This document shows, in pieces, positions 27,746 through 36,984 of a stretch of 56,473 nt of DNA. The position numbers were made by a program, and so were the translations under genes. Below the pieces are notes generated by a model. It made no database searches, was not told the DNA's origin, and saw nothing but the letters and a program-made list of their open reading frames with translations. Every line of letters starts with the position of its first letter. Position 1 is the first letter of the stretch. The DNA is from Oscillospiraceae bacterium (GTDB lineage: Bacteria; Bacillota; Clostridia; Oscillospirales; Ruminococcaceae): the NCBI GenBank assembly GCA_017548485.1, contig JAFYZY010000175.1:1-56473 (forward strand), read 5' to 3'.

Positions 27746-29092
27746 CTAGAGCAGGCAGAGAGCGGACAGAGTGATCGCTCCGAAAATCATCCATTTTCTG
27801 AAAGCAGGTTTTCCTGTCAGAAGAGAATACATCCACAGCACACAGCCCGCGAAGCAGAGACAGACCAGCCAGGTGCTCTGGAGCCTGAGCGGGGTGAACC
27901 CGAAGCATCTTATGTACAGGAACAGTTTCGAGAAAGCGATCACAGCGAAGACTATGCTCTCAGCAAGCAGGATCAGACAGGGGACCATAAAAAGAGGAGA
28001 GTTCCTTGAGCTGTCGGAAGTCATCCTGGTGACGAACCAGAGAAGAGTGAAGTTGACCGTTATGACCTTGCAAAGTTCAAAGAAACCTTCCCGGGCATAC
28101 TGGGAGACGATGAATCCTTCCGGGAGAGTGCCGGTGAAGGCACCGAACAGGTATGAGCTCTGCAGTACGAAGAACGCAAGATACATCAGCGAAAAGAGAG
28201 AAATAACGACAGCCCAGACTCCGGACGGTACTCTGCGCAGTCTGCTCAGCAAGTCAGACGCTGCACGGCGTTCTCTTTCCAGAGCAGATCTTGAGTATCT
28301 GCGTGAGCCTGCGATCAGTCCGAAGAGCCAGGCTCCGACAGGAATGCTGAACAGAATCCGTTCAGGCAGTGTCTCGTCGATCCGGCCTGACACGGAAGAC
28401 AGAAAACGCCGGACAGCATCGCTTATGTCAGAGAACCGGGCCTCGAATCCGCTGTCGGCGTTCAGGAGCAGATCGGCAGACTTAAGGAACAGAACGGCGC
28501 TGACAAGCAGAGCAGCTGCGATCCAGATACTGAAGCTGTTTCTTTTACCGCGTTTTTCGGCGATCCGGGAGGAGAGGGCGTCAAACAACGTCCTTATCCT
28601 GAGGAAGAAGCTGCCGAAGGGGATCGCGATAAATCCGTTGACAGCATCGAGAGGTAGAAGATGCCCGCTTTTACCTTCAAGCAGGACTCCTCCTCTGGAT
28701 ATCACCCACCAGACTGCGAATATATGGATGAACAGAAGAACCTGGTACGGCTCCCATACGCTGTTTCTTTTAAGGGCCGCAGAGACCACAGTTGCGCAGA
28801 AGCAGGACAGCCATATCCAGCTCTCCCTGTCACGTAAAGTGTCACGGTGGATCAGTTCGGTGACTGCGATGATGAGAGCGGCAGTAACAGCGATGCACAC
28901 GGAGGTGAGGAGCTCGGACGGATCATGTATATCCGAATAGTAGTAGATCCCCGTGTAGGTGAACGCGAGAATATATGACAGAGCGGAACAGATGCGTTCC
29001 GCAGCAGTGGAAGAGAAGGAGGAAGTGCTGACCCTGAGAACAGATGTGCCGTTGACTCCGCTTCCCTGAGGTACAGTATCGATTGAGTTCAC
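27746..29092 (-). CDS. polytopic membrane protein (about 11-12 TM), unknown function, possibly DUF4153/DUF4173-like
   Basis: 448 aa, hydrophobic throughout. The start overlaps the HTH gene stop by 4 nt. The family name is an unverified recollection. Confidence 0.5.
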   Translation of the reverse strand: MNSIDTVPQGSGVNGTSVLRVSTSSFSSTAAERICSALSYILAFTYTGIYYYSDIHDPSELLTSVCIAVTAALIIAVTELIHRDTLRDRESWIWLSCFCATVVSAALKRNSVWEPYQVLLFIHIFAVWWVISRGGVLLEGKSGHLLPLDAVNGFIAIPFGSFFLRIRTLFDALSSRIAEKRGKRNSFSIWIAAALLVSAVLFLKSADLLLNADSGFEARFSDISDAVRRFLSSVSGRIDETLPERILFSIPVGAWLFGLIAGSRRYSRSALERERRAASDLLSRLRRVPSGVWAVVISLFSLMYLAFFVLQSSYLFGAFTGTLPEGFIVSQYAREGFFELCKVITVNFTLLWFVTRMTSDSSRNSPLFMVPCLILLAESIVFAVIAFSKLFLYIRCFGFTPLRLQSTWLVCLCFAGCVLWMYSLLTGKPAFRKWMIFGAITLSALCLL

Positions 29093-29310
29093 GCTTTTTC
29101 CTCCCCGTCTTCGCTGTATTCAAGAATATCTCCGGGCTGGCATCTGAGCTCATGGCAGAGGGCCATGAGGGTGGAGAACCTTATAGCTTTTGCTTTGCCG
29201 GTCTTCAGCACAGAGAGATTGGCAGGGGTGATCCCTATTCTTTCCGCCAGTTCGCCTGCGGATATCTTCCTGCGTGCCATCATGACATCCAGATTGACTA
29301 TGATCTTCAT
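29089..29310 (-). CDS. YozG-type (XRE-family) small helix-turn-helix transcriptional regulator
   Basis: MKIIVNLDVMMARRKISAGELAERIGITPANLSVLKTGKAKAIRFSTLMALCHELRCQPGDILEY. This is the stereotyped roughly 70-aa HTH usually found next to DUF2975 genes. Confidence 0.85.
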   Translation of the reverse strand: MKIIVNLDVMMARRKISAGELAERIGITPANLSVLKTGKAKAIRFSTLMALCHELRCQPGDILEYSEDGEEKA

Positions 29311-29321
29311 GGCAGGCCTCC

Positions 29322-29771
29322 TTACACGGTTAGATCAAGCTCGGACTTCATGCCGATCGCCTGCTGAATGATGTTCTTGACGACACGGACGATCATCATC
29401 ATGAATCCGGCAGCAGCTGAGATGATAAGGAAGGGAGGATAATAAAGAACGCTCACCAGAAACACTATGCACGCTCCTGCACAGCACCAGCTGATCACGC
29501 GCAGAAAACGCGTGTTCTGTTCGGTGAATACTTCTCCGCCGCTGATGGATCTGAGAAGCCTGAACATGGTATACAGACAGATCCATGCAAATATGCTTCC
29601 AGTGTAGATGGTAGCTGCAAGAGCGGGAAGATGAGAGGAGTCAATTGCCGATGCCGATATAAACCATGGCATCCATATGAAACCGAGAACATCCGCTGCC
29701 AGCAATACTGCGGCAAGCAGTATCGTAAACACTGTGGTCAGACGGACGCTCTTGTCCTTGTTCCAATCCAT
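29322..29771 (-). CDS. DUF2975-family membrane protein
   Basis: 4 TM segments, GEVFTEQNTRFLRVISW, and C-terminal ...GMKSELDLTV, which resembles the conserved E-x-DLT[IV] end of DUF2975. The ATG at 29771 is preceded by AGGAGG. The ORF-track start at 29816 has no RBS. Confidence 0.75.
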   Translation of the reverse strand: MDWNKDKSVRLTTVFTILLAAVLLAADVLGFIWMPWFISASAIDSSHLPALAATIYTGSIFAWICLYTMFRLLRSISGGEVFTEQNTRFLRVISWCCAGACIVFLVSVLYYPPFLIISAAAGFMMMIVRVVKNIIQQAIGMKSELDLTV

Positions 29772-29804
29772 GATAAACAGACCTCCTGCGGTTATTGCAA
29801 AGAT

Positions 29805-29833
29805 AAGATAGCGCATCAGTTTCTGAATGTCAA
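29805..29833 (-). promoter_or_regulatory. candidate promoter of the DUF2975/HTH operon
   Basis: On the minus strand: TTGACA (29833-29828), 17-nt spacer, TATCTT (29810-29805). A 7-bp inverted repeat AATTTAT-N9-ATAAATT at 29838-29860 lies just upstream and is a possible operator. Confidence 0.4.
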
Positions 29834-30028
29834 GTAAAATTTATCGAATAACAATAAATTATATCCGCAATACAGGTATTTGTGTCGTGACAAGACTCCG
29901 CTGAACGGAGGCGTTTCGGGTGACGGCAGATACGGCATATCTGCTGCCGTCCGTTGTAATAGGCGATAGATTTCACTATAATATTTAGTTAGAATGCGGA
30001 TACTATATGCTTTTGGAGAGTCTTTTGA

Positions 30029-31159
30029 ATGGGTATCACCGCGATAATAGTGGGAGGGGGAAGCTCCTCCAGAATGAAAGGTACGGACAAACTGCTGCTC
30101 GAGCTCGGAGGCATGAGCGTCTTTGAGCGGTCCGTCTGTGCGTTTTGCGGGAGTCCCGAGATCGATGCCGTCGTTGCAGTAGCACGCGGTGATCTGATCG
30201 GACAGATATCTTCCTGGAAAGACAGATACACCAAACTCTTTGCCGTGGTCGAGGGCGGAGAGACAAGGAGCCTCTCTGCGCGCGCAGGCGTGCAGGCCTC
30301 TCCGCAGGACACGGAGTATTTCGCGATCCATGACGCCGCCCGTCCTTTCGTAACGGAAGAGGTCATCAGAAAGACTGTGCAGGCCGCGAGAGAGTATGGC
30401 GCCGCCGCGCCGGCGCTCCCGGTCACCGATACCATCAAATATACCGATGAGAACGGATTCTCGGTCAGTACTCCGGACAGGAGACGGCTCTATGCCGTGG
30501 CAACGCCACAGGTGTTCCGCGCAGATCTGTACAGAGAACTGATCTTCTCAGTTGAAGACCGCTTTGATGACTGCCAGTTGTTTGAGGATAAAGGGTATCC
30601 TGTAAAGCTGGTGGAGAACGACAGGGCTAATTTCAAGATCACCACACCTGAGGATATCGAGAGGGCAAGGATGCAGACAGGAGCAGGCAGCGTCAGAACG
30701 GGACACGGATACGATGTACACAGACTCGTGCCCGGAAGGAGACTGGTGCTCGGCGGTGTGGAAATCCCGTGGGAGAAAGGCCTGCTGGGGCATTCCGACG
30801 CCGACGTCCTGCTTCACGCGGTATGTGACGCGGTTCTGGGAGCGGCAGCTCTCAGAGATATCGGATATCACTTTCCGGATACCGATCCCGCATTCGAAGG
30901 AGCTGACAGCATGGAATTGCTCAGGGAATGCGGCAGAATGGTCAGAGAGAAGGGCTTCCGTGTAGGGTCAGTGGACTCCACGGTCATCTGCCAGAGGCCC
31001 AGGCTCGCGGAACATATACCGGAAATGATCGATAATATATCAAAAGCATTGGATATCCCGGCTGACTCCGTGAACGTCAAGGCCACCACGGAGGAAGGAC
31101 TCGGGTTCACCGGCAGCGGCGAAGGGATCGCCGCGCACGCCGTGGCACTGTTATTCTGA
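30029..31159 (+). CDS. ispDF: bifunctional 2-C-methyl-D-erythritol 4-phosphate cytidylyltransferase / MEcPP synthase (IspD-IspF fusion)
   Basis: N-terminal half [12 protein letters not shown]...IHDAARPF (IspD). C-terminal half GHGYDVHRL...[36 protein letters not shown] (IspF). Confidence 0.93.
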   Translation: MGITAIIVGGGSSSRMKGTDKLLLELGGMSVFERSVCAFCGSPEIDAVVAVARGDLIGQISSWKDRYTKLFAVVEGGETRSLSARAGVQASPQDTEYFAIHDAARPFVTEEVIRKTVQAAREYGAAAPALPVTDTIKYTDENGFSVSTPDRRRLYAVATPQVFRADLYRELIFSVEDRFDDCQLFEDKGYPVKLVENDRANFKITTPEDIERARMQTGAGSVRTGHGYDVHRLVPGRRLVLGGVEIPWEKGLLGHSDADVLLHAVCDAVLGAAALRDIGYHFPDTDPAFEGADSMELLRECGRMVREKGFRVGSVDSTVICQRPRLAEHIPEMIDNISKALDIPADSVNVKATTEEGLGFTGSGEGIAAHAVALLF

Positions 31160-31184
31160 ACTACTGATCTAAGAGACAAGAGAT

Positions 31185-32048
31185 ATGCTTAACTTTTTCA
31201 AACAGGTACAGGAAGTTCTTATTGCGTTAGCCAACACGTTCTCATGGAGAGACGCGCTGGATATCATTCTTGTTGCCTATCTTATCTACAAGCTGGTCGG
31301 CATGCTGGCGCATACCAGGACCGGCACGCTGGTGAAGGGCATCATAGTTCTCGCGGTGGCTTATGCCGCGTCCACTGCCCTTCAGCTCAAGACGATCAAA
31401 TTCCTTATCGACTACATGTTCAGATATGGACTTGTCGTCCTTGTGGTAGTGTTCCAGCCGGAACTCAGAAGCATGCTGGAGAGAGTCGGCAGGGCGAGGT
31501 TCGGAAGATCGCTTTTCACGATCAGACTGGACGATCAGGGCAGCAACAGCCTGCTGACAGCATATGACAAGGTGTGTTCGGCTGCGGCGGATATGTCCAG
31601 ATCCATGACCGGAGCGCTGATCGTTTTTGAGAAGGAGACTCCTCTCACTGAGATCATTTCGACCGGCAGCATCATCGATGCGGAGATATCGGAAGAACTG
31701 CTGGAGAACATCTTCTATAAAGGATCGCCGCTTCATGACGGCGCGGTAGTCATCAGGGGAGACAGGATCACTGCGGCAGGCTGTCTGCTTCCGGTCTCGC
31801 ACAATACCGAGATCAGCAAGGAGATGGGAACGAGACACCGCGCAGGGATCGGTATCACAGAGGTCACCGATGCCGTATCACTGATAGTGTCCGAGGAGAA
31901 CGGGTTTATTTCCATCGCGCAGAACGGCGTCATCATCCGCAATCTGGACAAGGCAGGAGCGCTCAGGATCCTCGAGAGGGAACTGATGCCCAAGGAAAAA
32001 GAGAATGATGATAAGCAGAGATTCAGTTTCAAGAGGTTGATAAAGTGA
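31185..32048 (+). CDS. cdaA: diadenylate cyclase CdaA
   Basis: Three N-terminal TM segments plus a DAC domain with GALIVFE, PLHDGAVVI and GTRHRAGIGITE motifs. Confidence 0.95.
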   Translation: MLNFFKQVQEVLIALANTFSWRDALDIILVAYLIYKLVGMLAHTRTGTLVKGIIVLAVAYAASTALQLKTIKFLIDYMFRYGLVVLVVVFQPELRSMLERVGRARFGRSLFTIRLDDQGSNSLLTAYDKVCSAAADMSRSMTGALIVFEKETPLTEIISTGSIIDAEISEELLENIFYKGSPLHDGAVVIRGDRITAAGCLLPVSHNTEISKEMGTRHRAGIGITEVTDAVSLIVSEENGFISIAQNGVIIRNLDKAGALRILERELMPKEKENDDKQRFSFKRLIK

Positions 32049-33319
32049 GAAAAGACTGGTTCAAAGAACTGTTTTCAGACTGGCTCACCAGCAAGCCTAA
32101 ACTCATGGCCCTGTCGCTGGTGCTGGCGGTCGTTATATGGTCTTTTGTCGCACTTTCTGTCAACAGCATAACAACAAGGACCATTGACAATGTCGTTGTG
32201 GAGATGCCTTCCACCGGTGCGAGCTATCAGTCGCTGGGACTGGATCTTATCGAGGGAGAGACAGAGGAGCACACTGTAAGCATCACGGTCTCAGGAGACA
32301 GAAGCACCATCGGTATGCTCACATCAGACAGCATCACCGTCACGCCGGATTTCTCAAAAGTCACGGAAGCGGGAACGTATAACATAACGCTCAATGCGGT
32401 CAAGAACAATCAGCTGCTGGATTACGAGATCAGGACGGTGGAGCCTTCCAGTCTGGTCCTTACATTCGGGGAATCCGCAATGAGGAAATTCCAGATCTCT
32501 CCGTCAGTCTCCGGATTCACTGTTGCTGACGGATATGTCGCACAGCCTATAGTCTGTTCACCGGTCTCCGTTACGGTAGTGGGAAGCAGAGAGACAGTTG
32601 ACAGGATAAGAAAAGTCACCGCGGAAGGAAGAATGGCGGGAAGCCTGTCATCATCGGCGACCATCACCGGTACCATTCATCTGTATGATGCGGACAACAA
32701 CGAGATATCCCCCGATAAACTGAGGATGGATGTTTCGTCAGTCGATCTCCTGGTCCCGATCTATAAGGAAGGATCGATGGATTTCGACATCGAGTTCGTC
32801 AATGTCCCGTCCGGATTCGATACGTCCGTCCTGAAGTATTCGCTTTCTCCTTCCACTATCCGCATCGCGTATGCGGAGGGCTCTGCCGCACCTACTGCCG
32901 TCAGGACCGTGGGATATGTGGATGTCGCGACCCTCGATCTGGGTGAGACATATCAGTTCGACGTGACGCTCCCTTCGGGATATGTCGATCTGGACGGCGT
33001 CGGAACGATCGAAGTCAGATTCGACCCGCAGGGAATGGATTCCCGCAAGATGACAGTCACTGACATAAGGGCGTCCAATGTCCCCGAAGGATATGAAGTA
33101 ACGGTCCTCACCGACCACATCAGCGGTGTCAACATCATAGGAGATACCCAAACGGTATCCGATCTGGTGCCTACATCGGTAGTAGCAGTCATTGATGCGT
33201 CTGTGCTCAAACCGGAACCCGGAACGCAGTCCGTTCCGGTCACGATACTGGTCCCGTCGAGCAGCTCGGTCTGGGCGATGGGGTCGTACACCGTCAATGT
33301 AGAGGTAGTCAGGAAATGA
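32045..33319 (+). CDS. cdaR: CdaA regulatory protein CdaR (YbbR-domain repeats)
   Basis: GTG start overlapping the cdaA stop. One N-terminal TM, then repeated roughly 90-aa beta-rich YbbR-like modules. Conserved position after cdaA. Confidence 0.8.
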   Translation: MRKDWFKELFSDWLTSKPKLMALSLVLAVVIWSFVALSVNSITTRTIDNVVVEMPSTGASYQSLGLDLIEGETEEHTVSITVSGDRSTIGMLTSDSITVTPDFSKVTEAGTYNITLNAVKNNQLLDYEIRTVEPSSLVLTFGESAMRKFQISPSVSGFTVADGYVAQPIVCSPVSVTVVGSRETVDRIRKVTAEGRMAGSLSSSATITGTIHLYDADNNEISPDKLRMDVSSVDLLVPIYKEGSMDFDIEFVNVPSGFDTSVLKYSLSPSTIRIAYAEGSAAPTAVRTVGYVDVATLDLGETYQFDVTLPSGYVDLDGVGTIEVRFDPQGMDSRKMTVTDIRASNVPEGYEVTVLTDHISGVNIIGDTQTVSDLVPTSVVAVIDASVLKPEPGTQSVPVTILVPSSSSVWAMGSYTVNVEVVRK

Positions 33320-34893
33320 TCATTGTGACCGGAATCAGGCTTCCTCTCGGCAGTTCGGGACAGGAAGCTGAAGAAGAAGCGAGAAAAAGAGTCGGACAGC
33401 CGGGAGAATACGCGCTGAGACGGGTCTCGTACGACCTCAGAAGGGGACAGGCGTCTATGGTCTGTTCCGTGACGGTGTCTCTCACCGATCCCGACACAGA
33501 GAAAAGGGTGGCATCGTCGGGAGAAGGGATGCAGTATGCTGAGAAACAGCAGCTTCATCCGAAACCCGGTACAGAAAAACTGGATAACCGGCCGGTAGTG
33601 GTCGGAGCCGGCCCCGCGGGACTGTTCGCAGCCTATCTTCTTTCCGAATACGGCTACCGACCTGTCCTTTTAGAGAGAGGCGCAGACGTTGATGCCAGAA
33701 CAGCGTCGGTGGACTCGTTCTTTGCAGGAGGCGCGTTCGACCAGAAGACGAACATCCAGTTCGGGGAAGGCGGCGCCGGGACTTTCTCGGACGGCAAGCT
33801 CACCACAAGGATCAATGACGGACTGTGCGACTATGTGCTGAATACATTCTGTTTCTTCGGAGCGCCGGATGATATTCTGACCAAAGCCAGACCTCATATC
33901 GGAACTGACAATCTCAGGAACATAGTCAAGAGAATAAGGGAAAAGATAACCGAAAACGGCGGAGAGGTGCGCTTTCTCTGCCAGATGGAAGACATAACGA
34001 CAAACAGGGGCCGCCTGACAGGTATAAGGACTCCTTACGGTGAGATGCCCGTACAGGCTCTGGTGCTTGCCTGCGGACACAGCGCCAGGGACACTTATTC
34101 CATGCTGATGGAAAGAGGAGCGCTCATCACAGCGAAGCCGTTCTCTGTGGGGTTCAGGATCGAGCACCTCCAGAGCGACGTCGACCGTTCTCTGTACGGC
34201 AGGCTCGCCGGAGATCCCAGACTTCCAAGAGGGGAATACAATCTCTCGGCAAAAGTCGCCGGCCGCGGCGTTTATACATTCTGCATGTGCCCCGGAGGTT
34301 CAGTCGTGGCGGCAGCCTCTGAGAACGGCGGCACCGTAACGAACGGCATGAGCACATATCTCAGAGACGGCAGAAATGCGAACAGCGCGATCTGCGTCTC
34401 GGTCGGTCCGGAAGATTTCGGAGCCAATCCGCTGAAAGCGATCAGTTATCAGAGGAACATTGAGAGAGCGGCATTCGCCGCCGCGGGAGGAAACTTCGCA
34501 GCGCCGGCAAGCGACGTAGGTTCATTCATGGACGGCAGACGCGGGCTTAAGGAAGGGAAAGTCTCTCCGACTTACCCGCTCGGCCTGACGGCATATGATC
34601 TTGAGCGGATCTTCGGCACCGAGCTTTCAGAATGCCTGAGAGGCGGACTGAGAGCATTCTCGGAGAAGATGGAGTGCTTCTCCGACAGAGAGGCGATACT
34701 GACCGGCGTTGAGACAAGGACGTCGGCTCCGGTGAGGATCAGCAGAAATGAAGACCGGCAGGCGGTGGGCATACAGGGACTCTATCCATGCGGAGAGGGA
34801 TCCGGATATGCCGGAGGCATCATGAGTTCTGCAGTAGACGGTCTGAGGACCGCGGCAGCTATTATAGAGAAGTACAGTCCTTTTCAGGATTGA
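33316..34893 (+). CDS. FAD-dependent oxidoreductase-like protein (COG2509-type uncharacterised FAD-dependent dehydrogenase)
   Basis: Rossmann motif VVVGAGPAGLFAAYLL, then GTFSDGKL, CMCPGG and C-terminal YPCGEGSGYAGGIMSSAVDG. The ATG overlaps the cdaR stop by 4 nt. Confidence 0.75.
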   Translation: MIIVTGIRLPLGSSGQEAEEEARKRVGQPGEYALRRVSYDLRRGQASMVCSVTVSLTDPDTEKRVASSGEGMQYAEKQQLHPKPGTEKLDNRPVVVGAGPAGLFAAYLLSEYGYRPVLLERGADVDARTASVDSFFAGGAFDQKTNIQFGEGGAGTFSDGKLTTRINDGLCDYVLNTFCFFGAPDDILTKARPHIGTDNLRNIVKRIREKITENGGEVRFLCQMEDITTNRGRLTGIRTPYGEMPVQALVLACGHSARDTYSMLMERGALITAKPFSVGFRIEHLQSDVDRSLYGRLAGDPRLPRGEYNLSAKVAGRGVYTFCMCPGGSVVAAASENGGTVTNGMSTYLRDGRNANSAICVSVGPEDFGANPLKAISYQRNIERAAFAAAGGNFAAPASDVGSFMDGRRGLKEGKVSPTYPLGLTAYDLERIFGTELSECLRGGLRAFSEKMECFSDREAILTGVETRTSAPVRISRNEDRQAVGIQGLYPCGEGSGYAGGIMSSAVDGLRTAAAIIEKYSPFQD

Positions 34894-34919
34894 TGGATCG
34901 GTAAAAACAGGTTAGTGTC

Positions 34920-36950
34920 ATGAACATCAAAAGATGGGTCGTCAGACAACCTGACACCGCGACCGCAAAAAGGATCGAAGAAGAGCTGGGCGTGACTCAC
35001 CTGGCTTCACTTGTGCTGGCCGGAAGAGGTTATTCGGAACCTTCAGAGGCCGGGCAGTTCCTTGACGGCCGTCTTTCTTCAGATGACCCGTTCGATCTGA
35101 AGGACATGGATCTCGCGGTTCAGCGGATCCACAGAGCGGTCTCAGAAGGCGAGAGGATCGCAGTGTTCGGCGACTACGATGTTGACGGACTCACCGCGAC
35201 GACCCTGATGTACAGATGCCTGAAGGGCCTTGGAGCAGACGTCATATGCTCGCTCCCGAGCAGAGACACCACCGGATACGGTCTGTCTGCTGAGGCGGTC
35301 GACGCCCTAGCTGAGAACGGAGTCAGTCTGATCGTGACGGTCGATAACGGGATATCGGCATTTGATGAAGTTATATATGCCAGGACGAAAGGTATAGATA
35401 CGATAATAACCGACCACCATATGGTCCAGGAGAGCGTTCCCGATGCGGTGGCGGTCATAGATCCACACAGAGAGGACGATCATTCGGGGTTCGAAGACCT
35501 TGCGGGCGTGGGCGTTGCGCTGAAGACAGCGGCTGCCCTTGAGGAGACGAGCGTGTCAGAGGCGGTCGAAAACTACGGATTCCTCGCGGCTATCGGTACC
35601 ATCAGCGACATCATGCCCATGAGGAAGGACAACAGATATATAGTCAGAGAAGGGCTTAAGCTCATTCCGTACGGAGGATGTCCCGGCCTGGAGGCGCTGT
35701 GCGAGACGACAGGAGTGGATATAAACAGCGTCAATGAGATGAACGTTGCTTTCAATCTCGCCCCGCGTCTCAACGCCGCCGGAAGGATGGGCAACGAGAA
35801 CCTGGCGCTTGAGCTTCTGCTGACCGAAGATGAAGAGGAAGCGCGCAGGATCGCGCAGGAGATAGATGAACTTAACCGTCAGCGTCAGGCGGTGGAACAG
35901 GAGACGTCCGAACGCATAAACAGCATCCTTGTTCAGGAGGTGGATTACAGTTCGGAACCCGTGTTCGTTGTGGCGGCGGAAGGGCTTCACCCCGGAGTGA
36001 TGGGGATCGCAAGTTCCAGACTTGTCGACAGATACGACAAACCGGCGATAGTGATCTCGGTGGACGGCGACACGGCAAAGGGATCAGGGAGAAGCGTAGA
36101 GGGCTTCTCGCTGTACAAGATGCTCGCCAGCTGTTCGGATCTCATGGACAAGTTCGGCGGCCATGACATGGCAGCAGGGTTTACCATAAGATCAGACCGG
36201 ATCCAGGAACTGAAAGACAGGATCAGGGAATACTGCAGGGAACATGCGGACGAGTACAGGATCGCCGAGGTGAATATAGACGCGGAGATAAGCGCGCAGG
36301 ATGTCAGTGAGGAAGAAGTCGGAGGACTGGACATTCTGAAACCTTTCGGAAACGGAAACAGCCAGCCGTACTTCCTGGTCAGGGATTGTGTCGTGGAAGG
36401 GATATATCCGCTTGGAGAGAGGCATACCAGGATAAGTCTCCGGACGGGAGAGAAACAGTTCTACGCGGCTTTGTTCGGAACGAAGCCCTGTCAGTTCCCG
36501 TTCGAGACAGGAGAGAAGGTCAATGCTGTCGTGAGCCTTTCTCTTTACAACGGCCAGATACGCACGATGGTCTCCGTCAAGATCATAGACATAAGAAGAG
36601 CGTCCATTACAGAAACCGACATCGATTCCTTCGAAGAACTGAGAAGACTGAATTTTACCGGGAAATGCGGAGAGGATTCCCCGCTGCGCGCTGACAGGGA
36701 CGATGCCGCAGCGGTATACAGATGTATCGCCCGAGGGGAAGTTATGGTGTCGAGCGGAGCCGATCTCTGCGGAAAAGTCAAAGACATGCCGCTGGGCAAG
36801 ATGCTGGCGCTGCTGAGGGTGTTCGCGGAACTGAACCTCGCAAGGACAGAACAGATCGACGGAAACAAAGAGATCATCGTTACCGTACCCACTGAGACGA
36901 AGAAAGACCTTATGGATTCGCCGACTTTCAGGGCGATATGCAAACAGTGA
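34920..36950 (+). CDS. recJ: single-stranded-DNA-specific exonuclease RecJ
   Basis: DHH motifs VFGDYDVDG, VTVDNG, ITDHH and the DHHA1 motif GGHDMAAG. 676 aa. Confidence 0.93.
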   Translation: MNIKRWVVRQPDTATAKRIEEELGVTHLASLVLAGRGYSEPSEAGQFLDGRLSSDDPFDLKDMDLAVQRIHRAVSEGERIAVFGDYDVDGLTATTLMYRCLKGLGADVICSLPSRDTTGYGLSAEAVDALAENGVSLIVTVDNGISAFDEVIYARTKGIDTIITDHHMVQESVPDAVAVIDPHREDDHSGFEDLAGVGVALKTAAALEETSVSEAVENYGFLAAIGTISDIMPMRKDNRYIVREGLKLIPYGGCPGLEALCETTGVDINSVNEMNVAFNLAPRLNAAGRMGNENLALELLLTEDEEEARRIAQEIDELNRQRQAVEQETSERINSILVQEVDYSSEPVFVVAAEGLHPGVMGIASSRLVDRYDKPAIVISVDGDTAKGSGRSVEGFSLYKMLASCSDLMDKFGGHDMAAGFTIRSDRIQELKDRIREYCREHADEYRIAEVNIDAEISAQDVSEEEVGGLDILKPFGNGNSQPYFLVRDCVVEGIYPLGERHTRISLRTGEKQFYAALFGTKPCQFPFETGEKVNAVVSLSLYNGQIRTMVSVKIIDIRRASITETDIDSFEELRRLNFTGKCGEDSPLRADRDDAAAVYRCIARGEVMVSSGADLCGKVKDMPLGKMLALLRVFAELNLARTEQIDGNKEIIVTVPTETKKDLMDSPTFRAICKQ

Positions 36951-36984
36951 AACAGTTCATTCAGGTGAAGATCAAAGGATCAAG

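Noticed and set aside
29921-29950. Hairpin GACGGCAG...CTGCCGTC in the divergent region between the DUF2975 operon and ispDF. Considered as a regulatory RNA element.
   Set aside because: It is a short GC stem with no T-tract and no recognisable conserved motif. It lies upstream of a plausible -10 (CACTATAAT at about 29972-29980) for ispDF, so it is probably not transcribed with ispDF. The evidence is insufficient.
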